A DNA stretch of 64,000 nt from Massalongia carnosa (taxonomy: Eukaryota): positions 1-64,000 of the forward strand of contig OZ287080.1 of NCBI GenBank assembly GCA_965645245.1, read 5' to 3'. A program made the position numbers and the translations under genes. Positions 43,101 to 54,119 of the stretch are shown here, in pieces. A model generated the notes under the pieces. It made no database searches. It was not told the origin of the DNA and saw only the letters and a list, made by a program, of their open reading frames with translations. The stretch's first letter is position 1. Each line of letters opens with the position of its first letter.

Positions 43101-45959
43101 CGGACTAGGATGAGTCTTCTCGAATGGCGACTCTACTGAGATTCACTGCTTGCCTAATGCAACAGGGGTCTCGGCCCCTATGCCCTGATCCTCTGCACGA
43201 CCAACATCGGCCCTGTCGTGACAGAGTCTCTCGTTCCCCGTCCTCCAACTTGGGCGGGTGAAGCGTCCCCTCGTACCAAGCTCCTACCCATCCTTCCGGT
43301 TTGGTCGAGACCTGTCCGAATTTCGAGTTCGGGTTGGCGGAGATGGCGGAGTTGGTCGTACTCGCTTTTGGTTTGACTGTGATCGAGGTACTGGAGGTGG
43401 CGGTCGTGGTTTTGTTTAAACCACGACCGACGGAAGAAGAAGGAGAAGTCGTCGTTTTCGCGGGCTTCTGAGATTCCGACTTCGCGTACTTCTGATTCAT
43501 CTCCTTTCTTCCCTGTTCGATTTTCCTGGCTTCATGCAAGAGGGTTTCTAGACTGATAAAGTCCCGTCCCAATAGAGACAGCGCGATGTTCGGCCGCAGG
43601 GTGTCCTTGAACGTCTCAATTCTCTCATCCGCGGGGGTTTTTGCACGTTGCCAGAGTTTGAACATTCGATGATAGTATTCAGTCACCGTTACATCTTTGT
43701 TCATGCTTATTTCTTTCAATTCCTTCTTCGCGTCCTTTGTCAAATATCCTATCCCGAGATAGCTCTCAATTTCCTTGGAGAACGTATTCAAAGAGAGAGT
43801 GGGACCGGCATCCACTACCCAGGTGTGTATGGCGTCGAAAATGGGATCCTTCATCTGCGATAAGGCGTAGTCGATTTTCAACTCCTCACTAGTTTACATT
43901 GGGGAGTCGGTTCTGATTTTTCTTTCCACCGTAAACGCCCATGCACTATAGGCGTCTGAGTTGGAACCGTCGAGGGCCTCCTTCGGGTTGGTGCCTTTGG
44001 GTCGATAATTGCTTAAGGGGGCAGCGACGGCGGATTGATCTTCAGTTTGACCAGTCGATGAGGTCGACGTCTGAGTAGCTTCGCGAGCTAGACGTTTTAT
44101 CTCTGATATTTCACTAATGAGGTCCGAGTTTTCCGCTTTGACCTTCTGAGTCTCCAATTTTTCAGCCGCGATATCCTCCTCAAATACTAGTCTCTCGTGA
44201 TCCCAGCTCTTTATCATTCGGGTCCATTCTGCCTGTAGACCTTTTAGATCTTTGTTTCTTTTTTTCAAGTCCTGATATTTCTCGATCAAGACCTCATGTT
44301 GTAGGAGCGTGCCGGCTAGAACAGTGTACCATATGTCGCCGTCTCCCTTTAGGACGAGGGCCCTTCTCAACTCTTCTCGATTGGCCACCTTGATGATCAT
44401 AGCTGATTTCGACGGATTGCTTTCCGTCAGACTTCGATAAATGGCATAATTGCTTATGTCGATTTTCGGTTCTGAGGTCGGGGCCTCGATCTTCGGTTCC
44501 CTGCCTTTGTCTTTGTTTGTCGGCAAAACAGTGTCATTTCCCACCTCTTCGTTGGCGGGTTCATATTCGCCTGGTATGCTCTGTGTCGATTGTCGCGACA
44601 TGGAGCGAGCTCTAGTGTTGAAGGCCGGCCCCGAGGGAGCGACATCTCTGCTGGATGATTCTAATGAGTTCATGTTTTCTGATTAGCCTAATGATTCTGA
44701 TTGTAGGTCTGAAGATTGTGTGAGGGATAAAACGAGTTCAATTTCAATAGCCTAGTTCTACACCAAAATCTTCAGACGAAGTCTAAAAGCTTTACTCGGG
44801 CGGAGTTCTATATAACCCCTGAAATGTCGGTTCCTCGGCACATTACCTAACCGATGCTAGTCTGATTTCAGGTGACCTCAGGACCCTGACAATATGAGTG
44901 ATGGACAAAAGATGATATGAATAGTTGTCAAAGAGGGTCTGAATGATTGATAAAAGGTGATCTAGGTGATGATTAAATGGTGGTCTGGACGATGATCTGT
45001 CAATTGATCTGGACGATAGATATAAGATAGTCTGGAGGATAGACAAAAAGTAATACGTGTGACAATCAAATTATGATCAGGGTAGTAGTCAAAAGGTGGT
45101 CAGGACGGTGATCAAGAAATGGTTTGGCTGGTTGACTAAAGGTGGTCTAGATAGTAGATAAACGGTTTTCTGGATAGCAGACAAAAAAAATGTCGAGGTA
45201 GAATTTTCAGGGAAAAAAGAGAGGTTATTTGAAAAGCGGTAGAGACTATTTGAAGGCTATTTAGGAACTAGATGTGGGGCCATATTACAATCAGCGGAGA
45301 CTATCTGGGAGACTATTCGAAAGATGCTTTGACAGATACTTTGGCGGGTGTTAAGGAGGAGATGGCGCAGGGCCGTTGTAGAGCGAAGCGGAGCATGTCC
45401 AGAGCAGAAATCTGAGATATGATGAGATTCGCATGAAAAAATAGCAAGCCAAATAGTAAGCAAAAGAAAAGTAGTAGCAAATTAATCTCAGGTCTGAGAT
45501 TGCACAGTCTCGTATGTAGTTACCGTCTACATCCAATTATGAATACGATTGTATTCCATCAAGTCGGCGGTGTATAGAGTTACTTTGATCGCATAGCGTA
45601 GCTGACTCAGCTTTACTTTCACGAGGAAGCGGGAAGATAGAATAGTTCGAAACGAAGTGTTCCGCTCTCAAAGAACATCAATATCACTTGATGCTTCCCT
45701 CGGGTCCCGAGGGATGCACTAACATTTAAGTTGAAAATTTAAAGGTAAACTTTATTGGAATCGGCAATTACTTAGTCGTTTCTTGTTCGATTAGTAAAAT
45801 TCTGCATATCATATACCTAATTATTAATTACGTTACACATCATCTCAGAATTCGGTTAATTTTATATGAGGTTCGCTTATTTAAAAGTTCTTCGATTAAT
45901 CTCGCGTGCTGGAGAGGTCTCTTTTAAGCGAGTTTCAAATTCGCTTAATTATTTTGGTG

Positions 45960-48281
45960 GCAGGAGACCTTCAAATCAAGAACCATGTATACAGGCGATT
46001 TATGGATACGAAAAGTTTAAGCCCCCGCCAGGTTTGCTGGGCGCAAGAATTCTCTCGTTACAAATTCCGCATCGATTATCGTCAAGGCAAGGCTAATGGA
46101 GCTGGCGATGCTTTATCTCGTTAGCCTCAGAGGAGCCAAGGCGAAGAGGAAGTGCTTCGAGCTGAAAATACTCGAATCCTTCACCGATTGCAGTCCTCGC
46201 TGACCAGCGCAAGCATCTCTGGTATCACTAGTATTCAGCATCTCACCCCTCCTCACCACGTCATCATCTGCGGAACGCACGTCTTCCCTTAGCTACGTCA
46301 GTTTTGGGTTACGCTCCGCCAAGACTTGACCTCTGAAGGTCCTTACAAAATCAGCATTAGTGGCATGAGGTTGAGGTTGCAGGAGTTGCAGGTGGAAGAT
46401 ACACAAGCTCAAATGATCAAAGCAGAGAAGCTTGGAAAAGATGGCTGGGAAGACACCGAGGGGACTTTGCATTATCAAAGCCTGCCTTATGTCCCTGAGA
46501 TCCTCAGAACTGAGCTAAGCAGCAGGCGTCATGATGATCCATTAGCAGGACACTTCGGTATCGAAATGACGCGGGAACTCATTGCGAGAAAGTACTTCTG
46601 GGAGACTCTCCGCCGCGATGTCGAGAGCTATGTCAAGGGTTGCGACGTCTGCTTATTCTAAAGCGGTCAGACACAAGCCTTACGGAAACCTACAGTCACT
46701 GCCAGTGCCAACTCATCACTGGAAAGACTTGTCTATGGATTTTGTGCTAGAGTTGCCCGAATCTGCTGATTGGGAGCGCGACAGTTACGATTCGATCCTG
46801 GTCATTGTCGACCGGCTTACGAAGATGGTGCACTATGAGCCAGTGCTGACAACGATCACTGCACCATGGCTAGCAGAAGTAATCTTAGACGTGGTAGTTC
46901 GTCACCACGGCTTGCCAGACTCTTTCGTCAGCGACCGCGGCTCAATTTCCACTTCCAAGTTCTGGTCTTCCTTATGCTACTTTTTAGGTATCAAGCGACG
47001 CCTCTCTACCGCGTTCCATCCACAGACCGATTGGCAGATAGAACGCCAGAACAGCACCATGGAAGCCTACCTTAGGGCGTTCGTCAACTAGGAACAAGAC
47101 GACTATGCGCGCCTGCTTCCGATGGCGGAGTTTGCGTACAACAATGTGAAAAACGCGAGCACATGGCATACGCCGTTCGAGCTCAACTGTGGTTACCACC
47201 CCCGTATCCCATATGAGGAAGACATAGCCCCCGCTCCAGGTTCAAGTCAGCAGAAGAACTAGATGCAGAACTAAAGGACTTGATGGCTATCTGCAAGGAA
47301 ACCCTTCAGCACGCACAAGAATGGCAGACAAGGGCCCACAACAAAGGAACCAAGCCACGGAGCTATGCACCTGGCGATAAAGTTTGGTTGAACAGCAAGT
47401 ATATTAAGACTAAACGTAATCGCAAGCTAGAGGCTAAGTTCTTTGGGCCGTTCCGTGTCTTGCAACTAGTGGGCAAGCAAGCCTACAAGCTGGAGCTTCC
47501 AAAACGGTGGCGCATCCATGATGTCTTTCATGTATCACTGCTGGAGCAGAACACCACAAGGAAGGGGCGGGTAGACGAGAAGATCGCGGAGCAGCTGGAA
47601 TTCGAAGCTGGTAACGATGAGGAGTACGAGGTTATTGTAATAGAAGCTCTGCTGGCATAGTAAAAGGCTCACTTTTGAAACGATTGATTTTTTTATCTAC
47701 CTATCTAAGGACCGTGTTTATATAGATAGAAAAACATGCTGAAAACCGTTCTCCCTATGACTCACCTTCCTGCTTCCTAGAAATCTAAGATTGGTGATTG
47801 ACTCGTATCCAATTTATGACTCGATGGTAATGTTCATAGAAGTTTTGCGGTGCTTCTCGAAGTCGTTATGTGTTGCCTAATGTTTTTACCAACGCACTAA
47901 TCCCAATGCGGTACTATGTGACTCTGAACACTTTACTAGGCATCAGCCGGGTGACTTTGCACATTACAACAGAGGTTGAAGGCACTTTGGATTGCGCGGT
48001 CTACGCCAAGGAGTCAGAAGCTGCCACCTACCAGGCTTCTACTATCTGGTCTCCTGGAAGGGCTATCCAGAGGATGAAAGTACGTGGAACCCGGCGGCAG
48101 CGATCAAAACCTTCGGAAGATTGTCAAAGCCTACCATGAGGGTAACCCCACCAAGCCAACAGCAACCTCTCCTCCTATCAACACCGCACCGCCAATGGCT
48201 AAGCCGACCGTTAAGCCTAAAAGCAAGCGGAAATGCGGCCGACCAGCTACCAGCACTCGGAGCAAGAAGGCGAAAAAGTAG
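45960..48281 (+). pseudogene. pol: Degenerate Ty3/gypsy pol fragment (RNaseH end, integrase, chromodomain), related to 170-1188
   Basis: WAQE..RY.F.I.YR.GKAN, HDDPLAGHFG, SDRG, STAFHPQTD, IHDVFHVSLLE and YYLVSWKGY; many stops and frameshifts. Confidence 0.9.
47633..47971. mobile_element. Solo LTR (339 bp), TSD GAGGT
   Basis: TATTGTAAT...ATTACAACA inverted termini (first TG reads TA); GAGGT at 47628-47632 and 47972-47976; splits EEYEV|EG. Confidence 0.88.
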
Positions 48282-48614
48282 AAGCCTCGGGGTTTCTCTC
48301 CTGCCACCTACTATGGAGTCTAGGAAAGGTTTTCCCTTCGTTTTCCCGTTATATTATCAGGGTTTAAGGGTTTTTCATCGATCTCGAGAAGTCTGTTTTC
48401 CCTATGTTCTCCCGTTGTCTTATCAGGGTTCTAGTTCGTGTCAATCTCGTTATATTGCTACTAAGTATGTTTGGGCTATTGCTCACAGCCCCCGGCCTCG
48501 AGAGGGGGACTCGATAAGGGCCTTGCTGTCTACTAATGTAAGACCCTCTCGCAGGCCTTGGGCTGTGAACAGACTCCCAATCCCCAACATGGAACGACCC
48601 GCTTGCGGTGTTGT

Positions 48615-49630
48615 TCAGGACCTAGTGACTGGATTGTGAGGTTCCGTGGGTAATGTTTGAAGGCGTTTTGAGGCGTTAAGAAGGTAAGTGGGGTGGGTTT
48701 GTATGTAAAGCTTGTATGCGTCTGACTTCCATCTTCCTAGCATCTGAATCTCGTCTTCGGTGAGTCCTGCCCGTCGCGCTGTTGTTGCCGCACCTCTTCT
48801 GAACGAGTGGCCAGAGAAATTTCCTATATAGCCCAAGTTCCTTAAGGTGGATTTCATCGCTGTTGTAATGTAGTCTCGAGTGAAGGACTGACCGTTTTTA
48901 AAGAGTGGTGCGGCCGGAGAACTTGGGAATCGCCTATATAAATTTGTAAGAGAAGCTAGTGCACAAGCAACATCGTTGGTAGCCGCAATTGTCAGTGTTA
49001 TGCCTCGGCGAAAGGGATCGGTTTTGGAGACTGGTAGAGAGAGCTGTAGGTGATCTGCTTCGAACCTAATAGATTTTCTGGTGAGGTGCCATTGATCAAA
49101 GCTTGGGTCTAGTACATCTTGCGTTGTGTAAGTAAATTCTCCGGCTCGTAAGAAGCCTGCAAACGCTAAGCAGTACGCCGCATGTAAATTTGCGCCTTTC
49201 TCTTTCGTTTGATCAAGACGACTTAGCAATTTGATTAAGATCTCTCTAGTAATTGGTAACCTTTCACGTTTCTCGGCTTCACCGTTCTTTCGCTTTATGC
49301 CAGTAAGGATGCGATCTAACACCGGGTGATGAAATACGTCGAGATTACCGAGGCCCATATCTATCTGGCATGATCTTATGCCCGTCAAGTAGCTCTTAAT
49401 AGTTTTTGGTTGCAGGCGTCGTTCACCCAACGCTGCGATCCACGAAGACAGCGTCCGGATGTTGGCTGGAAATGGTGGCGCGTTGAGGTTTACCCTACAG
49501 TAAAGAACGTATCCCTTTCTTGCCGTTGTGTATAAAGATCTTGTCTTAGTGGCCAGGCCCCACCAGAGGTATCGTGCTGCGATTTCGTCTAGAGGTACCT
49601 CACTGTACCAAGATGGGGGTGGATCGCGTC
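48615..49630 (-). CDS. Tyrosine recombinase
   Basis: AGFLRAGEF, SKTDPFRRG, SGHSFRRGAAT and LGRWKSDAYKLY; frame stays open upstream of 49430 toward the RT end. Confidence 0.92.
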
Positions 49631-51202
49631 CTATATTGCTGAGGGTAGAGCCTGAAACTGAGGGATTTTGTCAGCCAGTTTCTTCAAAAGTCCTCTAGAC
49701 AAGAGATCAGCAATATAATTTTCTTTGGATGATATCCATCGCGCTTCTATCTGGATATCATGTAATGCAGCTAGCATTGTAATTGCCCGCAGGGCATGCA
49801 TTGCTTGGCCTCGTATAGAGGTTTTATTCACTCCTTTCGTGACAGCGTAGCTATCACAATAGAGGATTAAATGACTACCCTTGCATATAGGTAGCCACTT
49901 TTTCATAGCTTGAAGAATTGCTGTCATTTCTTTGACGTTGATATGCTTTGCCCTAAGGCGCGTAGTAAAGCGTGTGCTAAAAGCCTGCCGGGCTGCTTGT
50001 ATATTATGCAAATTTTGATCCTCGCTGAGGATAAAGCCGCCCATACCATATGAGCCGGACGCATCTGTCCATATTCTCATAGTATGTCTAGTACGGTTGA
50101 GCAGATGTATGCCATTCCATTTAGGTAGGAAATGATGCCACCATAGAAGATCAGCCCTCATGTCCTTGTTAAGATGGATTAGTTTAGAGGTTACGCTTGC
50201 CGTAGCATTGAAAAGACGGCGTAGAAAGGCTCTTCCTGGTTTTACCACTCTGGCTGCAAAGCATAAGAATCCTAGAAGAGAGTCGAGTTCCTTCCTGGGT
50301 ATGGCTTTTTTATTCAAAGCTGCCGATACTAGGGTCTTTGCTTTTAGTAACTTTTCGGAAGGCAAGCGTGCTTCCATGAGCGCGGTATCGATTTCAATGC
50401 CGAGGAAATCGCAAGTCGTTCCAGTTCTGTTCTTTTCGAGCTTGATTTTCATGCCAAGATCTTTACAAATGTTGTGGAAAACTTGATCAAACTTTTCAGC
50501 ATCTGGTCCGGTGCTGACTATTATTAAAAAATCATCCAAGTAATGAATAGCGTCTTTCCAACCACAGTTGTACAATATCCAGTTGATACCCTTCGCGAAC
50601 AGATCAAAAAGGAACGGCGACGTTCTCAGCCCAAAGGGTAAGTATTTATCCATCCAAAAGGAATCCTGCCACTTGAAACCTAGTAACCACCAATCGCTTT
50701 TTGCTACTGGTATGTGGCGAAAAGCGTCCGCAAAGTCTCTTTTAATAAGAATACACCCTGGCCCGCGTTGCTCAATCAACCTAATGGCTTCGTCGAAGCT
50801 GGTATATTCCAGGGAGCCCCAGTCTTCCGGTATGTGGTCGTTGACTGAGCTACTCTCCGGATACGATAGATGATGGATTCGCCGCCAACCACCGTTAGCC
50901 TTTGGTACAAGGCCTAATGGGGAACATATAAAGCAAGAAGGAATGTTGTTGACTTTCTCCAACCGATTACTAGCTATTTGTTCTTCGAGGTCATTGGTAA
51001 GAACTTCCGGTGCCTCATTTGCAGAGGCAAGATTATCGCTAATAATGAGTTGATGTGGTCCTGTATAACCAACTTTGGCACCGTAGGTGATGATATCGAT
51101 AATTGTTTGTGTGTAAGTGCGATCCGGGTGATTGGCCAAATGTTTCTCCCAGCCTTCTTTCTTCAATGGGCCCGGTGGGATCTTTGTTAGATTGTCCGTC
51201 AA
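49631..51202 (-). CDS. pol: Reverse transcriptase-RNaseH
   Basis: SPLGLVPKANGGWRRIHHLS, LPFGLRTSPFLF, HYLDDF, WTDASG and NYIADLLSR. Confidence 0.94.
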   Translation of the reverse strand: MTDNLTKIPPGPLKKEGWEKHLANHPDRTYTQTIIDIITYGAKVGYTGPHQLIISDNLASANEAPEVLTNDLEEQIASNRLEKVNNIPSCFICSPLGLVPKANGGWRRIHHLSYPESSSVNDHIPEDWGSLEYTSFDEAIRLIEQRGPGCILIKRDFADAFRHIPVAKSDWWLLGFKWQDSFWMDKYLPFGLRTSPFLFDLFAKGINWILYNCGWKDAIHYLDDFLIIVSTGPDAEKFDQVFHNICKDLGMKIKLEKNRTGTTCDFLGIEIDTALMEARLPSEKLLKAKTLVSAALNKKAIPRKELDSLLGFLCFAARVVKPGRAFLRRLFNATASVTSKLIHLNKDMRADLLWWHHFLPKWNGIHLLNRTRHTMRIWTDASGSYGMGGFILSEDQNLHNIQAARQAFSTRFTTRLRAKHINVKEMTAILQAMKKWLPICKGSHLILYCDSYAVTKGVNKTSIRGQAMHALRAITMLAALHDIQIEARWISSKENYIADLLSRGLLKKLADKIPQFQALPSAI

Positions 51203-51247
51203 GGTGTATGGAAAGGACTCCGCGATGGATAAGAATGGGGCGGTTAG

Positions 51248-52486
51248 TCATTGCCTTGATGGGAGAGGCATCGAATTTGGGTTAGAGGGTTGATTTTTTC
51301 CATTTGTACAGTCCATCGCCCGATGTTGCTTTCCACATTTCTCACACACATGTTGGAATCTACAATATACGGGACAGTCTTTGCCATAGTTGTATTTCTT
51401 ACAGATAATCTTTTCGCCTGAGGTTTTGAAAGCCGTAGAATTATCGTCCGGTTTTGCAAAGTAAGCGGACGGTTTCCGCACAAGATGCCTTTCCAAGGAA
51501 TGGTCCATTTCTTTCCATCCATCCGGGTTGTCAATCCCGCGAAAGGCTCGAGATTTGTGGAAATTCAAATGAAAGATGCGAACCGAGTCCCAGGTGTAGA
51601 AGGCGTATAATGATAGAAGATGGTCCTGATAAGCCATGAAGGCTCTCATCAGGTTTATCTGGAGACCGGGGTGTGCAAAGTGTAGTAGTATCATCCAATA
51701 TACCCCGAGACATCGTATCAAATGAACTATCCCTTTGATATCTTTTAAGGAGCCATCTTCTTCTCTCGTGGCGATTTCCAGACCTTCTCCGAGTTTGACG
51801 TATCTAGAGTTGGTTTGAACTCCGTCGATGTCGGTACATAGCTTGGTAATGTTGATTGGGTCAAACGTATTCTCGGAGATTTGCTTTATCCATATGGGCT
51901 TGATAGTGGGATATTCGTTCATAAGAGAAACAAAACGAGGATCCATACCTTCTGTATACAATGAGTTTGGTCGATGCGGTGGAAATGATGTCGGAAATAA
52001 TAGGGAAGGCTGTTGAGCTGAGGCTACTGGCCCAGGGACCACGTCTCGGGCACGTGCTTGTTGGGTTTCGATATCCCGCCTAAGACTTACTCTTTCTCTT
52101 TCCTCGGCTTCCCTGCGGGACATTTCGCGTTGTGCTCTAAGTTCAATAATGTCATCAGGGGTGCGAGAACGGGTTTCCGGTATAACAGGCCCTTGTGAGG
52201 AGGAATTAAACGCTGAAGATGGAAGAGGAGAAGGTTGAGGATGGCTTTGAAGGGTTGCCGTGCTGTCTTGTGAGTCGGGTACTTCGACGTCTGGGTTGGA
52301 GTTGGCTAGATTTGCCCTAGCTCTAGTTCTAGTACGGGCTAGAGTGCTGCCTTGTGTGCGGGAGGTAGGCTTGGTGATTCTGTTGGAGATGCGGGTGGCC
52401 ATTTTTGGAGGAGAGGGATTTGAATAGAGTAAATTTAAGTGTAGTGGTTGTATAAATTTGAATTGGGTGAAAAGAAAACGTTGCAA
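51248..52486 (-). CDS. gag: gag-like ORF1
   Basis: C-terminal CKKYN..C...C...HVC..C...H....C finger, as in 13785-14822. Confidence 0.8.
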   Translation of the reverse strand: MQRFLFTQFKFIQPLHLNLLYSNPSPPKMATRISNRITKPTSRTQGSTLARTRTRARANLANSNPDVEVPDSQDSTATLQSHPQPSPLPSSAFNSSSQGPVIPETRSRTPDDIIELRAQREMSRREAEERERVSLRRDIETQQARARDVVPGPVASAQQPSLLFPTSFPPHRPNSLYTEGMDPRFVSLMNEYPTIKPIWIKQISENTFDPINITKLCTDIDGVQTNSRYVKLGEGLEIATREEDGSLKDIKGIVHLIRCLGVYWMILLHFAHPGLQINLMRAFMAYQDHLLSLYAFYTWDSVRIFHLNFHKSRAFRGIDNPDGWKEMDHSLERHLVRKPSAYFAKPDDNSTAFKTSGEKIICKKYNYGKDCPVYCRFQHVCEKCGKQHRAMDCTNGKNQPSNPNSMPLPSRQ

Positions 52487-52830
52487 ACAGTGCTATCAAA
52501 ATGCTATGCTTTTTGATTGTCTTGAGATGTGAGATGATGAGGGATACCGTCTGGGACCTCCTCTTTATATATCTTCTTCCTATTCTCCTTGTCCTACTCT
52601 ACCATCCCAGTATGCCCCATCAACGCGGCCCATAGCAAGGCATACACAAATCCGAAACCTAACTGTCGTCCGAAGGATCGATGCGGTGCTAAGATCTCTA
52701 TGCCGTGCTGAGACATCCTTATGGTGCTGAGACATCTATGCCGTCCGAGAGATCCATGCGGTGCCGAAATCAAAGCGGGAGCTGTCTCGATTAACGACGC
52801 ACTAGCTCTCAGCATAGCCGAACTAGGCTT

Positions 52831-53994
52831 CATAATCACCTCATCGCCATAAATTCGGCTAAGGATCGCTATCCTACCGACTTGCGCAAACCGATTTTCC
52901 AGCGTTTGGCGAGTCGGGTCACCCCGTTTGCACTTCGAAAAATTCCTGGTCAGTACAATTTGTTGGTTGATCAACCAACGGCGATCAGGGCCTGCACCGA
53001 GGTCTTTACTACTGTCACCGGCCTGCCCTGTAGTCACATAATTCAGGAACGACTGTACGATGACGGTGTTTTGTTGTTGGAGGATGTCAATCCTCATTGG
53101 AGGTTGGTTTTGATCAAACATTGTTGAATTCAACTAATTATAGATCTAGATTTGAAAGAGACCTTCCAGCTGATAATAATGATCCCTTGCTGACGGTGCA
53201 GGATCCCGCTGTCGTGCGACCTCGCGGACGCCCTCGAGGTTCCGAAAACAGAAGACAACAAGTCTTTGAAGCTTCCACCCTGCGCGAACCTTCCTTACTC
53301 GAGCGGATTGAGGCGGAAATAGGTGATCTACAAGGCGGGGAGGTGGCTCCGGACGTGGAAGCTGTCGTACATCGAGCTGATCCTGTAAAAGAATGAGGTT
53401 ATTCATTGTTGTTATATTAATGATTCTATGACTCTACTTCTAAGGTCTAAAATCATCCTAGTCCAGGATTTGTGCCGCATACCGGAATAGGTCTACTGTT
53501 ACACGTGACAATAATAATGTCTAGCGCCATAGGTTGGTATCCAACAGATCCAGCTCCAGGGAGGGGACGCGGGCGGGGGGTACGAGCACGAGGACAGGGA
53601 CAGCGACAGCGACAGGAATCGAGACAGGGACAGGAACAGGGACGGAGAAGAGGGCGCAGACGAGGTAGGGCATCTCGGGCAAGGGGCGCTGCTACAAATC
53701 AAGAAGGGGCGATACCGAATGAGGTTTAGTGGCATGAAATCAGAGTCTTATTCATGAAGATGATGCTAATCGACTCTATTTCATCAAGGCAATTGCTGTC
53801 CATGAGAGATGTATACATACTTTTCAATTCAAATTTTGAACGTGGGCGAAAATTTTCAGTCGCTTATCCTAATGAGGTTTAGGGAGGGGTCCAGCCCTCC
53901 CCCTAGAATTTTTTTGTGTGGGGTGTCTAGATAGCCGGAAGTGGTGTGTCTAGGTAGCCGGAGAGGGTGTGTCTAGGTAGCGGATGGGGTGTCC
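52831..53994 (+). mobile_element. MULE transposase C-terminal fragment and right TIR
   Basis: CT..F...TGLPCSH (SWIM-like), VNPHW and RPRGRPRGS; terminal region with three GTGTCTAG(G/A)TAGC repeats ending GGGGTGTCC. Confidence 0.7.
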
Positions 53995-54000
53995 ATATAT

Positions 54001-54119
54001 CAGTACCCTTTTCTGTTGGGTAACCCAACGATAACCCAACCCAACCCAAAACCCATTGGGTTGGGTTCTTATTTTAATAACCCAATCCAACCCAACCCAT
54101 AACCCATTGGGTTGGGTTT
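54001..54119 (+). repeat. Transposon-end-like segment (CAGTACCC plus AACCC/GGGTT subrepeats, hAT-like), duplicated at 59017-59110
   Basis: 53970-54100 is nearly identical to 58988-59110. Confidence 0.6.

Larger units (their letters stand above)
37493..44891 (-). mobile_element. Ty3/gypsy element; 173-bp LTRs (37493-37665, 44719-44891); TSD ATATG; degenerate gag-pol interrupted by Tc1
   Basis: Matching LTRs; ATATG at 37488-37492 and 44892-44896; PPT next to 37666; gag CWSCRGSGH; RT YLDDVLV; RNaseH ETDASD; integrase HDRG and TDGQTE; chromodomain-like end; stops and frameshifts. Confidence 0.95.
36237..45513. repeat. Minisatellite-rich dispersed element, copy 2 (interrupted at 36691-36866 and 37493-44896)
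   Basis: Same start (TAATTAC..CTATTCA.TGATTTTAGT) and end (CACAGTCTCGT) as copy 1; perfect CAAAAGGTGGT run at 37081-37140. Confidence 0.85.
48440..52590 (-). mobile_element. Ngaro-like tyrosine-recombinase retrotransposon with three open ORFs (ends approximate)
   Basis: gag, RT/RNaseH and YR in order; no terminal repeats identified by eye. Confidence 0.88.

Noticed and set aside
54020..54119. AACCC/GGGTT runs as interstitial telomeres
   Set aside because: They are CCCAA pentamers in both orientations, typical of transposon subtermini, not CCCTAA.
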